Below, piece by piece: positions 9,067 through 17,142 of a stretch of 56,484 nucleotides of DNA. Location: positions 1 to 56,484 of the forward strand of contig DITJ01000091.1 in assembly GCA_002422795.1 (NCBI GenBank), written 5' to 3'. Position numbers and translations under genes: made by a program. Positions within the stretch are counted from its first letter, which is position 1; each line of letters begins with the position of its first letter. The DNA is from Alphaproteobacteria bacterium UBA6187. Lineage in GTDB: Bacteria > Pseudomonadota > Alphaproteobacteria > Rickettsiales > UBA6187. The notes under the pieces are model-generated. The model saw only the letters and a list, made by a program, of their open reading frames with translations, was not told the origin of the DNA and searched no databases.

Positions 9067-10473
9067 TTAAGCTACACAAAGCTCAACATCATGCTCACGC
9101 AGCTCTTTGCTTTTTACGCCCAGGCTTTTTAATTTCCTGTGGAATGCAGAGCGCTCCATCCCTACAAATGTTGCAGTTTTAGATACATTACCGCCAAATC
9201 TTTCTAACTGCGTTGTAAGATATTCTTTTTCAAATAATTCCCGTGCATCCTTAAGCTGCAAACCCATTATATCCGCGCCAGCACCAAATCCTGATGCCAT
9301 CGGGTTAGATGATAATAATTCAGGAGGGAGCATGTTAGAGGTAATCTGGTTGCCTCCTTCATCATTAGTCATTATAAGCAGCCACTCAACTACATTCCGA
9401 AGCTGCCTTATGTTCCCCGGCCATGAATATACTTCCATTGCCGCTATAGCACTTTCGTTTAATTCCCTTTGCGGTACAGAAAGGTTTTCCGCATATTTTT
9501 TGATAAAATAATTAGCAAGCGGCAAAATATCGCCTTTACGCTCTTTTAGTGATGGCACTTTAAGGGGAACTACATTCAGGCGATAAAACAAATCTTCCCT
9601 GAAACGTCCTGCGGATATTTCATTTTGCAGGTTCTTATTTGTGGAAGCAATTATCCTTACATCAACATTTACACGTTTATTCCCGCCAACCCTTTCAAAA
9701 CTGTTTTCCTGTAATATACGAAGGATTTTCCCTTGCGTACCAAGAGGCATATCGGCCACCTCATCAAGGAATAATGTGCCGCCATGTGCACGCTCTAAGG
9801 TTCCGGTTTTACCCTCCCCGCCTGCGCTATATTCTTTTCCGAATAATTCCTCTTCAACTTTATCCTGCGATATACTGGAGGCATTAAGTATTACAAACGG
9901 CCCGGCATGTCGTTTTGATTTCTGGTGTATAAGCCTGGCTACCATTTCCTTACCACAACCGGCAGCACCATTCAGCATGATCCGGCTTTCTGTAGGGGCC
10001 ACTTTTTCTATAGCCTGGCGCAGCGCGAGAACAGCGTGGGATTCGCCAATCAGGTGATTTTCATATACACCTTTTTTTAATTCTTCATTTTCATTTTTTA
10101 ATTTTGCAGTTTCTACAGCGCGTTTTACAAGCCTTAATATCCTATCTTCCTTAAAGGGCTTTTCTATATAGTCATACGCGCCAAGCCGGATAGAATGTAT
10201 CGCCGTTTCTATATTGCCGTGACCGCTTATCATGATAACAGGTAAATTCGGGTATCTTTTCTTTACAGCCTCAAGTATACCAAGCCCATCCATATCGCTG
10301 CCTTGCAGCCATATATCCAGCACAACAACCGCCGGCACACGCTCTCTTATCGCCTCAATAGCGCCTGTGCTATCACTTGCTACCCTTGGGTTATAACCTT
10401 CATCACGCAATATATCCGATATAAGGTCCCTTATATCCTGCTCATCATCTACTATAAGTACATCAAGTGACAT
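9067..10473 (-). CDS. ntrX: NtrX-type response regulator (receiver + AAA+ + HTH)
   Basis: Receiver domain (DDEQDIRD...VLDIWL), AAA+ Walker A GAAGCGKE, C-terminal Fis-type HTH. Sits downstream of ntrY. Confidence 0.85.
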   Translation of the reverse strand: MSLDVLIVDDEQDIRDLISDILRDEGYNPRVASDSTGAIEAIRERVPAVVVLDIWLQGSDMDGLGILEAVKKRYPNLPVIMISGHGNIETAIHSIRLGAYDYIEKPFKEDRILRLVKRAVETAKLKNENEELKKGVYENHLIGESHAVLALRQAIEKVAPTESRIMLNGAAGCGKEMVARLIHQKSKRHAGPFVILNASSISQDKVEEELFGKEYSAGGEGKTGTLERAHGGTLFLDEVADMPLGTQGKILRILQENSFERVGGNKRVNVDVRIIASTNKNLQNEISAGRFREDLFYRLNVVPLKVPSLKERKGDILPLANYFIKKYAENLSVPQRELNESAIAAMEVYSWPGNIRQLRNVVEWLLIMTNDEGGNQITSNMLPPELLSSNPMASGFGAGADIMGLQLKDARELFEKEYLTTQLERFGGNVSKTATFVGMERSAFHRKLKSLGVKSKELREHDVELCVA

Positions 10474-10510
10474 AAGTTATATCCTAAAGTTAAGTTCTGG
10501 GATAAGATAA

Positions 10511-10591
10511 TTTAAGATTTAAGATTGTAAATTTAATATTTGAATATGGCTTCTTCTTTAAATCTTAAATCTACAATCTTAAATCTTAAAT
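10511..10591. repeat. Heptamer-arm hairpin, taagatt family
   Basis: tttaaga tttaaga ttgtaaa tttaa pairs with tttaaatcttaaatctacaatcttaaatcttaaat. Lies between the ntrY stop and the ntrX start. Confidence 0.85.
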
Positions 10592-10594
10592 CCC

Positions 10595-12457
10595 TTATTT
10601 CTGCTGTAAAGGAAAACTAAGGTAAACGCAAGCCCCACCGCTAACATTTTTAAATTCAACCATACCGCCATGGTCTTCAACTATTTTCTTAACTATAGCC
10701 AAACCAAGCCCGGTTCCTTTACTTTTTGTAGTAACATAAGGCTCGGTTATGCGTTCCTGCATTTCCGGGGAAAAACCCTTACCGTTATCATGTATAGCAA
10801 TCGCGCATTTATTCATTATTTTAGAGACAGTTACCTTAATTATACCGTTGGTAAAGTTTTTATCATGGGCTATTCTATCAAGAATTGACTCTTCTGAATT
10901 CTTGATAATATTTGTAAGTACCTGGGTTATCTGGCCTGCATCACAATTTACCATTATCGGGTATTTAGAAATTTTCGCTTCAAATTTTATCCCCTCAACC
11001 ATCTCGTTACGTGCGAATATTATATCCTCAACTATCTCGCACATATTATTATTTGTAAATACCGGGGCTGGAATCCTTGCAAAGCTGGCAAATTCATCCA
11101 CCATAGAACCTATGGAATTGGCGTTCCTTACTATTGTATTTACATATCTATCAAATGTTTCATTATCCTCAACCTGGCCGCTATATATACGTTTTAACCT
11201 TTCCGCGGCAAGTTGTATAGGGGTAAGCGGATTTTTTATTTCATGGGCTATACGCCTTGCCACATCCGACCAGGCCACACGCCTTTGCACCGCCATAAGT
11301 TCACTCCTTTGGCGGTCAAGCTGCTCTGTCATACGGTTAAAGGCACGGGAAAGAGCGGCCATTTCATCATTTGCATGGCCTTCTTTCACCCTTGCACTTA
11401 AATCACCTTTTTTCACCTTTTCTGTAACTTCCAAAAGGGCGCTTATCGGTTTTACCAGGTAAATTGCAAAAACAAAGCCCATCCATGCTGTAGATAAAAG
11501 CAGCAAAAGAGCAACAATAATAAACACGATAAAGAATTTTATCTGTATCTTTGATATATTACGTTTTAAGTGGTTATATTCCGTTGCCGCACCCTGGGTT
11601 GTTTCTATATAATTTATAATTTTATTATCTACAAACCGCCCTACAAGTAAGTAAGTATCAAAGAAATTATCGAGTTTTGTAATTGCAATAACGCGGTCAT
11701 CCGAATCACTGGTGAGCGTTACAAGCTCTCCCTTTTCTGTCCTTGCAAGTATATCTTGGGGTAAATCTTCCAAATCCAACTGCAAAGAAAAGCTTAGGCT
11801 GGTTGCCGCTAATATATTAATTTTTCCATAACCGCTTTTTTGGAATACTATGGCTTCAGGTATTTTCCTTATAGCTGCCACAAAAGAAAGCTTTTTGCTG
11901 AATGAGCCAGGGTCTTTCCTTAGATTAAGCGCATCGCGGTTTATATCGCTAGCCATGCTTATCACATCCACCCTGATAACTTCCTTATGCCCTTCAAGAT
12001 ATGACCTTGCTATCTGCACAGAACCATCAATTGCTTCCCCTACCTTATGGTTAAACCAGGATTGTATGCCATAATTAAAAAATACCGCCGATGAAATTAC
12101 CATGATAATGGTAGGAACCATTGCAACCAGAGAAAACATGAAAACAATACGGGTTTGCAAGCGCGAGCCTATTATGCCCTGGCGCCTTTGTATTATTAAC
12201 TTGAATACATGCTTTGAAATAATAGCTGCCAGAGATAATAACAGGATAATATCTATAATAATCAGCACTATTACATAACGGGGTTCAACATCAACTGAAG
12301 CATGGCTGCCTGCTATTGAAAAATATGTGGCAATAATAGAAACGCTACTCGCAACCGCGAATAATATCGCAAGGTTCCGCGACCTGCCAAGCTTGAAAAA
12401 AAGCTTAGAAAACCTTGCCGGCATTATCTTCTTAAACTTTGCTTTTAGTGAGGGCAT
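10595..12457 (-). CDS. ntrY: NtrY-type sensor histidine kinase
   Basis: N-terminal TM helices, HAMP and PAS domains, H-box AHEIKNPLTPI and G-box GTGLGLAIV. Start set at MPSLKAKF (12457), because the upstream codons lie in a palindromic repeat. Confidence 0.85.
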   Translation of the reverse strand: MPSLKAKFKKIMPARFSKLFFKLGRSRNLAILFAVASSVSIIATYFSIAGSHASVDVEPRYVIVLIIIDIILLLSLAAIISKHVFKLIIQRRQGIIGSRLQTRIVFMFSLVAMVPTIIMVISSAVFFNYGIQSWFNHKVGEAIDGSVQIARSYLEGHKEVIRVDVISMASDINRDALNLRKDPGSFSKKLSFVAAIRKIPEAIVFQKSGYGKINILAATSLSFSLQLDLEDLPQDILARTEKGELVTLTSDSDDRVIAITKLDNFFDTYLLVGRFVDNKIINYIETTQGAATEYNHLKRNISKIQIKFFIVFIIVALLLLLSTAWMGFVFAIYLVKPISALLEVTEKVKKGDLSARVKEGHANDEMAALSRAFNRMTEQLDRQRSELMAVQRRVAWSDVARRIAHEIKNPLTPIQLAAERLKRIYSGQVEDNETFDRYVNTIVRNANSIGSMVDEFASFARIPAPVFTNNNMCEIVEDIIFARNEMVEGIKFEAKISKYPIMVNCDAGQITQVLTNIIKNSEESILDRIAHDKNFTNGIIKVTVSKIMNKCAIAIHDNGKGFSPEMQERITEPYVTTKSKGTGLGLAIVKKIVEDHGGMVEFKNVSGGACVYLSFPLQQK

Positions 12458-12469
12458 ATTGTTATCCTG

Positions 12470-12594
12470 GTCATCCTGAACTAGTTTCAGGATCCATCTA
12501 GCAAAGTAATAGAAGACAGATTTGTATGCAACCACTTAATAAAAAGTTCTTTCTTTGTATTTCAAAATGGATCCTGAAATAAATTCAGTATGAC
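12470..12594. repeat. Palindromic element, gtcat...atgac family
   Basis: gtcatcctgaactagtttcaggatccat ... atggatcctgaaataaattcagtatgac. Overlaps the false 5' extension of ntrY. Confidence 0.7.
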
Positions 12595-12595
12595 G

Positions 12596-13570
12596 CTAGT
12601 TGATAGCCTTCTCAAAAAACTCCGTCAGTAAATCCTTCACAACTACCGAGTTGTTTTCCCTATTCATTTTATTCCTGAATTCTGCGCCACCCGACATTCC
12701 GGCGCTATACCAGCCCAAATGCTTACGGGCAAATTTAACGCCCACATCCTGCCCATAATGCTCTATCATTTCATCGTAATGCGCAAGGGCAATGGTTAAT
12801 TTTTGCTCAACATTCGGATCAGGCAATTTCTCCCCGGTTTTAAGATACTGGGTTGCCTGGTTTATAAACCACGGCCTGCCATACGCGCCTCTTCCTATCA
12901 TCACGCCATCTGCGCCAGACTGCGCAAGCGCATTATCCACATCTTCATAGGTTTTAATATCACCATTTACTATAACCGGAATTTTCACAGCATCCTTTAC
13001 ATTGCGAACGAAAGCCCAATCGGCGCTACCATTATACATCTGGCAGCGCGTGCGACCATGCACCACCACCATTTGTATACCGATATCTTCCGCAGCCTTT
13101 GCAAGCGAGGGGGCATTTTTATTATCCATATTCCAGCCAACACGCATTTTTACGGTTACCGGAATTTTCACTGCATTTACAACAGCTTCCAATATTTTCT
13201 TGGCAGTGCATTCATCCTTCATAAGCGCAGAGCCAGCATAGCCGTTCACAACTTTCTTTACCGGGCAACCGAAATTAATATCTATTATCTTTGCGCCTAA
13301 ATCTTCATTCAGTTTGGCGGCCTCCGCCATAACATCCGGCTCATTGCCTGCAAGCTGCACCGAGGTTAAATCTTCATTATCCGCAACTTCGCATTTCATA
13401 AGGCTTTCGCGGGTTTGCAATATCATTGCGCGGCTGGCAATCATTTCAGAAACAAGCAGGCCTGCCCCAAACCCCTTCACCAGCTTGCGGAATGGCTTAT
13501 CTGTAACCCCCGACATAGGCGCAAGGATTACATTTTCTTCAATTCTAAAATTACCGATTGTTATTGCCAT
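12596..13570 (-). CDS. dusB: tRNA-dihydrouridine synthase B (NifR3 family)
   Basis: [14 protein letters not shown] and INFGCP motifs. Start set at MAITIGNF (13570), because the upstream codons lie in a heptamer hairpin arm. Confidence 0.9.
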   Translation of the reverse strand: MAITIGNFRIEENVILAPMSGVTDKPFRKLVKGFGAGLLVSEMIASRAMILQTRESLMKCEVADNEDLTSVQLAGNEPDVMAEAAKLNEDLGAKIIDINFGCPVKKVVNGYAGSALMKDECTAKKILEAVVNAVKIPVTVKMRVGWNMDNKNAPSLAKAAEDIGIQMVVVHGRTRCQMYNGSADWAFVRNVKDAVKIPVIVNGDIKTYEDVDNALAQSGADGVMIGRGAYGRPWFINQATQYLKTGEKLPDPNVEQKLTIALAHYDEMIEHYGQDVGVKFARKHLGWYSAGMSGGAEFRNKMNRENNSVVVKDLLTEFFEKAIN

Positions 13571-13573
13571 ATT

Positions 13574-13708
13574 AGAGTTCAGAGTCCCAAGTTCAGAGTT
13601 CAGAATATAGTGTAAAAACTTAACCATTAAAAATATTGCTACCTATACTCGTTACGTTATATATACTAATTATTGTATTTTTACAACTGAACTCTGAACT
13701 CTGAACTC
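13574..13708. repeat. Heptamer-arm hairpin, gagttca family
   Basis: agagttc agagtcc caagttc agagttc ag pairs with ctgaactctgaactctgaactc across an ~83-nt AT-rich loop. Lies in the divergent dusB/ispDF region. Confidence 0.8.
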
Positions 13709-13720
13709 CGGCAACTAAAC

Positions 13721-15031
13721 ATGAACCAATACAACACCATCTGCCTTATAGTCGCAGCCGGAAGCGGGGCAAGGCTTGGAAATGAAATTCCAAAGCAATA
13801 TCTTATGCTTGGCAATAAACCAATACTCAGGCATTCCGCAGAAGCATTCCTGAATCATCCGCAAATTGATGCAGTTTGCGTTATTTATAACCCAGCCCAT
13901 CAAGAATTTTATGATAATGCGGTAGGGGATTTAAACTTATACCGAGTTGCATTCAAAGAACGAGTAGGAGTGCTAGGCGAGGAGGGCGCAAGCGTAGGCT
14001 TACTACGTGCGCACCGACAAGACCGCTGCACGACAACCTCTTTCAAAGAATGCAACTCGGTATTACTCCCTCCGGTTGCGGGAGGCGCTACCAGGCAGGA
14101 ATCCTCCCGCCTTGGGATTGAGGCAATTGCAAAACATAACCCAAAAAAAGTGCTGATACACGACGGTGCGCGCCCATTTGTAGATAGCCGCATTATAACT
14201 GATATAATAAATGCACTTGATGAAACATGCGCCGCCATCCCTGCCCTGCCTGTGGAAGATACTATTAAGGAAATAGAAAATGGCAGGATTATAAAAACTA
14301 TTCCAAGGGAAAATTTGTTCCGGGCGCAGACTCCGCAGGGGTTTGTATATAGCGAAGTTAGAAGTGGCGAGCATACTTCTAACTTCTCACTCCTAACTTC
14401 TCACTTCACCGATGATGCCTCCATATTCGAACACTTACAAAAAGAAGTCCGCATCATTCCAGGCTCACAAAACAACTTTAAAATCACCACCACAGAAGAT
14501 TTACAAAGGGGAGAAATTCTTATGTCACAAAATGTTGAGACAAGAGTAGGAATGGGTTTTGATGCCCATAAATTCTGCGAACCAAAAATGGATGAAAATA
14601 ACTTCATAATGCTTTGCGGAGTGGCAGTTCCACATGATAAAAGCCTGGAGGGGCATTCCGATGCTGATGTTGGACTGCATGCGGCGGTGGACGCAATACT
14701 CGGCGCAATCGCAGCAGGCGATATAGGCACGCATTTCCCGCCAAGCGATATGCAGTGGAAAGGCGCTGATTCCAGTATTTTTCTAGCACATGCCGCTAAA
14801 CTTTTAAAAGAACGTGGTGGAGAAATTATTAATATTGATATAACCATTATTTGTGAAAGACCAAAAATATTACCGCACCGCGATAAAATGTGTGGGACAA
14901 TTGCAAAAATACTTGGTATTGAGCAATCACGTGTTAGTGTTAAAGCTACTACTACTGAAGGAATGGGCTTTACCGGGCGGAAAGAGGGAATTGCCGCGCA
15001 GGCAATTGTTAGTATAAGGATTAAGGAATAA
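13721..15031 (+). CDS. ispDF: Bifunctional MEP cytidylyltransferase / MEcPP synthase, carrying an in-frame palindromic insert
   Basis: IspD motifs (VAAGSGARLG, GGATRQES) and IspF motifs (RVGMGFDAHKF, GHSDADVGLHA). A ~41-aa insert is encoded by a palindromic repeat at 13939-14063. Confidence 0.9.
   Translation: MNQYNTICLIVAAGSGARLGNEIPKQYLMLGNKPILRHSAEAFLNHPQIDAVCVIYNPAHQEFYDNAVGDLNLYRVAFKERVGVLGEEGASVGLLRAHRQDRCTTTSFKECNSVLLPPVAGGATRQESSRLGIEAIAKHNPKKVLIHDGARPFVDSRIITDIINALDETCAAIPALPVEDTIKEIENGRIIKTIPRENLFRAQTPQGFVYSEVRSGEHTSNFSLLTSHFTDDASIFEHLQKEVRIIPGSQNNFKITTTEDLQRGEILMSQNVETRVGMGFDAHKFCEPKMDENNFIMLCGVAVPHDKSLEGHSDADVGLHAAVDAILGAIAAGDIGTHFPPSDMQWKGADSSIFLAHAAKLLKERGGEIINIDITIICERPKILPHRDKMCGTIAKILGIEQSRVSVKATTTEGMGFTGRKEGIAAQAIVSIRIKE
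13939..14063. repeat. RPE-like palindromic element, copy 1 (in frame within ispDF)
   Basis: Outer inverted repeat ataccgagttgcattc / gaatgcaactcggtat, core taggagtgctaggcgaggagggcgcaagcgtagg, central hairpin cgtag-gctta-ctacg. No stop codon in the host frame. Confidence 0.85.
14354..14407. repeat. Heptamer-arm hairpin inside the ispD coding region
   Basis: gaagttagaag-tggcgagcata-cttctaacttc, extended by the 7-mers cttctca ctcctaa cttctca cttc. Confidence 0.6.
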
Positions 15032-15035
15032 ACAA

Positions 15036-15725
15036 ATGGAAAATAAAGAAATACAATCAAGCCACCCGGCATATATAATCGCAACATGGTTTGGCATAGG
15101 AAAAATACGCTTTGCGCCTGGAACTTTCGGCAGCATGTTTGCATTTCCGTTATTTATCCTTTCCCACTATTTACTCTGCTTTGGAAAAAGTGAAAGCTCT
15201 TTTAATTACATATACTTATCTTTCCTGTTGGTTTTATTTTTTATAGGTCAGTGGGCAAGTAATGTTTATATGAATAAAACCGGCAAATCCGACCCTGGCG
15301 AAATTGTAATAGATGAAGTGGTGGGACAATTAATAGTATGGTTTGCAGCCTTTTCCGCCCTTGCACCATCACTTGGGATTTTTGATGTATTATACGGCTC
15401 TGTTTCTGAAAATTCTCAACAGGCTACAGTTGAATCTTTGCATGAACTTTTTACAACGCCCGCAATTCTTTCAGGATATATAATCATCCTGTTCCCCGCC
15501 TATTTACTGGGTTTTATTTTATTCCGTATTTTTGATATATGGAAACCATGGCCTATAAGTTGGTGCGATAAAAACATGAAAGGCGGCTTCGGCGTTATGT
15601 TTGACGATATTTTTGCATCCGTATATGCCTCTATTGCGTTATATCTGCTGATAATGGCATTTGTTTTATTTTTTGTACCGGCACCTGAACCAATAGTGTT
15701 ACCTGCAACTGAAATTATACAATAA
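15036..15725 (+). CDS. pgpA: Phosphatidylglycerophosphatase A
   Basis: FGIGKIRFAPGTFGS, IVIDEVVGQ, FRIFDIWKPWPI and GGFGVMFDDI motifs. Confidence 0.85.
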   Translation: MENKEIQSSHPAYIIATWFGIGKIRFAPGTFGSMFAFPLFILSHYLLCFGKSESSFNYIYLSFLLVLFFIGQWASNVYMNKTGKSDPGEIVIDEVVGQLIVWFAAFSALAPSLGIFDVLYGSVSENSQQATVESLHELFTTPAILSGYIIILFPAYLLGFILFRIFDIWKPWPISWCDKNMKGGFGVMFDDIFASVYASIALYLLIMAFVLFFVPAPEPIVLPATEIIQ

Positions 15726-15726
15726 T

Positions 15727-16230
15727 ATGCTTAATGATAAATTAGCAAAAACCGCAAATGAATTATTAAAAAGCTTGCGTAAGAAAAAAATGCGCCTTGC
15801 AACTGCGGAAAGCTGCACTGGCGGGCTTATTGCAATGGCTATTACTGATATTCCAGGCTCCTCTGAAGTTTTCGAAAGGGGCTTTGTTACATACTCAAAT
15901 GAATCAAAAATTGATCTTCTAACCGTCCCTACTTTTTATATGGAAGATTATGGCGCTGTAAGCATGGAAGTGGCCGTGGCGATGGCGGAAGGTGCGCTTC
16001 TTATGTCCCGCGCTGATGTTAGTGTATCCGTCACCGGCTGCGCAGGCCCTGGCGGTGGCACAGAAGAAAAACCTATCGGCACTGTGTTTATCGGTTGCTC
16101 ACTTAAAAACCATGATACTGTTTTTGAAAAATTCTTATTTAAAGGCAACCGCCAGGAAATAAGGGAACAATCGGCAGAAGCGGCTTTGAAGATGGCGTTG
16201 GAAGTGATTAGTGTTATTCAAAACAACTAA
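15727..16230 (+). CDS. pncC: CinA-C-terminal-domain protein / nicotinamide-nucleotide amidohydrolase
   Basis: 167 aa. LATAESCTGGL and VTGCAGPGGG motifs of the CinA/PncC family. Confidence 0.8.
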   Translation: MLNDKLAKTANELLKSLRKKKMRLATAESCTGGLIAMAITDIPGSSEVFERGFVTYSNESKIDLLTVPTFYMEDYGAVSMEVAVAMAEGALLMSRADVSVSVTGCAGPGGGTEEKPIGTVFIGCSLKNHDTVFEKFLFKGNRQEIREQSAEAALKMALEVISVIQNN

Positions 16231-16240
16231 CAACTAATTC

Positions 16241-16269
16241 TTGACTCCCACCACGCATTTATATATAAA
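16241..16269 (+). promoter_or_regulatory. Putative sigma70-type promoter of rpmH-rnpA-yidD-yidC
   Basis: TTGACT, a 17-nt spacer, then TATAAA, ending ~37 nt upstream of the rpmH GTG. Confidence 0.45.
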
Positions 16270-16305
16270 GCTCACGTTAACTGAATAGCTAAGAGGATTA
16301 AACCT

Positions 16306-16440
16306 GTGAAACGTACATTTCAACCAAGTAATTTAGTAAGAAAACGCAGACATGGTTTCCGCTCAAGAATGGAAACTGTAAATGGCAGGAAAGTTCTTGC
16401 TCGTCGTCGCGCACGTGGCCGTAAGCGCCTTAGCGCATAA
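16306..16440 (+). CDS. rpmH: 50S ribosomal protein L34
   Basis: Absent from the ORF track (GTG start, 44 aa). Translates to [44 protein letters not shown]. An AAGAGGA ribosome-binding site lies 8 nt upstream. Confidence 0.95.
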   Translation: MKRTFQPSNLVRKRRHGFRSRMETVNGRKVLARRRARGRKRLSA

Positions 16441-16445
16441 ATCAC

Positions 16446-16796
16446 ATGCCAAATGTTCTGCGTCATAGGAAGCGGGAAGATTTTTTAAGGGTAAGGAACG
16501 CTAATAAAAGCGTTTCTGCCGCAGGTCTGGTGCTGCAGGTTGCAACCAGCAATATAGATGACGCCTCATCTATAAGGGTTGGCTTTACAGCAACTTCCAA
16601 AATCGGCAATGCAGTAGTAAGAAACCGCATTAAAAGAAGATTACGCGCCGTTGTGCGTGAGGTCATGGGCAAATCTGCTATTCCTGCACATGATTATGTT
16701 ATTATCGGCAGGTTTCGCACCGCAGACCGAGAATTTACCAGCCTGGTAAAAGATTTAAAATACGCACTCCATAATACAGGCACTTTTAAAAAGTAA
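16446..16796 (+). CDS. rnpA: RNase P protein component
   Basis: 116 aa, basic, VRNRIKRRLR motif. Conserved position after rpmH. Confidence 0.85.
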   Translation: MPNVLRHRKREDFLRVRNANKSVSAAGLVLQVATSNIDDASSIRVGFTATSKIGNAVVRNRIKRRLRAVVREVMGKSAIPAHDYVIIGRFRTADREFTSLVKDLKYALHNTGTFKK

Positions 16797-16856
16797 GATT
16801 TAAGATTGTAGATTTAAGATTTAAAATCTTCAATCTTAAATCTACAATCTTAAATC
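16794..16856. repeat. Heptamer-arm hairpin, taagatt family
   Basis: taagatt taagatt gtagatt taagatt taaa pairs with aatcttaaatctacaatcttaaatc. Lies between the rnpA stop and the yidD start. Confidence 0.85.
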
Positions 16857-16867
16857 AGCATAATCCC

Positions 16868-17113
16868 ATGTTTGCAAAACTAGCCATAATCCTGATAAAT
16901 ATCTACAGATACTGCATTTCCCCGCTCAATCCTCCCTGCTGCCGCTATGTCCCGACATGTTCGGAATATGCAATTGATGCCTTTAAGCGTTATAACCTTG
17001 CAAAAGCTGTATTTTTGACTATAAAGCGCATAGGCAGTTGTAATCCGTGGGGCGGAAGCGGTTTTGACCCAGTTCCGGAAAAACCTGTAAAAAACAAAGA
17101 CGAAGCGTTGTAA
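16868..17113 (+). CDS. yidD: Membrane protein insertion efficiency factor
   Basis: 81 aa. YRYCISP...CRYVPTCSEYA signature. Confidence 0.9.
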   Translation: MFAKLAIILINIYRYCISPLNPPCCRYVPTCSEYAIDAFKRYNLAKAVFLTIKRIGSCNPWGGSGFDPVPEKPVKNKDEAL

Positions 17114-17127
17114 TCGACAGTTTTAAT

Positions 17128-17140
17128 AAGAATGAGTATA
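17128..17140. repeat. Solo MITE terminus
   Basis: aagaatgagtata two nt before the yidC ATG. Matches the right terminus of the MITE family. Confidence 0.4.
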
Positions 17141-17142
17141 AC

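Noticed and set aside
12933-12941. Perfect DnaA-box sequence TTATCCACA
   Set aside because: It is a single occurrence inside the dusB coding region, with no cluster of boxes and no AT-rich unwinding element, so it is most likely a chance match.
14401-15144. 247-aa ORF antisense to ispDF/pgpA, together with similar long antisense ORFs at 10749-11462, 29674-30267, 36957-37478, 41166-41657, 47980-48624, 49087-49590 and 54609-55073
   Set aside because: Each lies entirely opposite a gene with strong conserved motifs. Their translations are low-complexity (Ser/Pro/Ala/Ile-rich) with no recognisable motif, so I treat them as shadow ORFs.
15355-15500. About 35 extra residues in PgpA relative to E. 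coli PgpA, as a possible third in-frame repeat insertion
   Set aside because: The DNA shows no convincing inverted repeat and no similarity to the repeat families seen here. It may simply be a lineage-specific loop.
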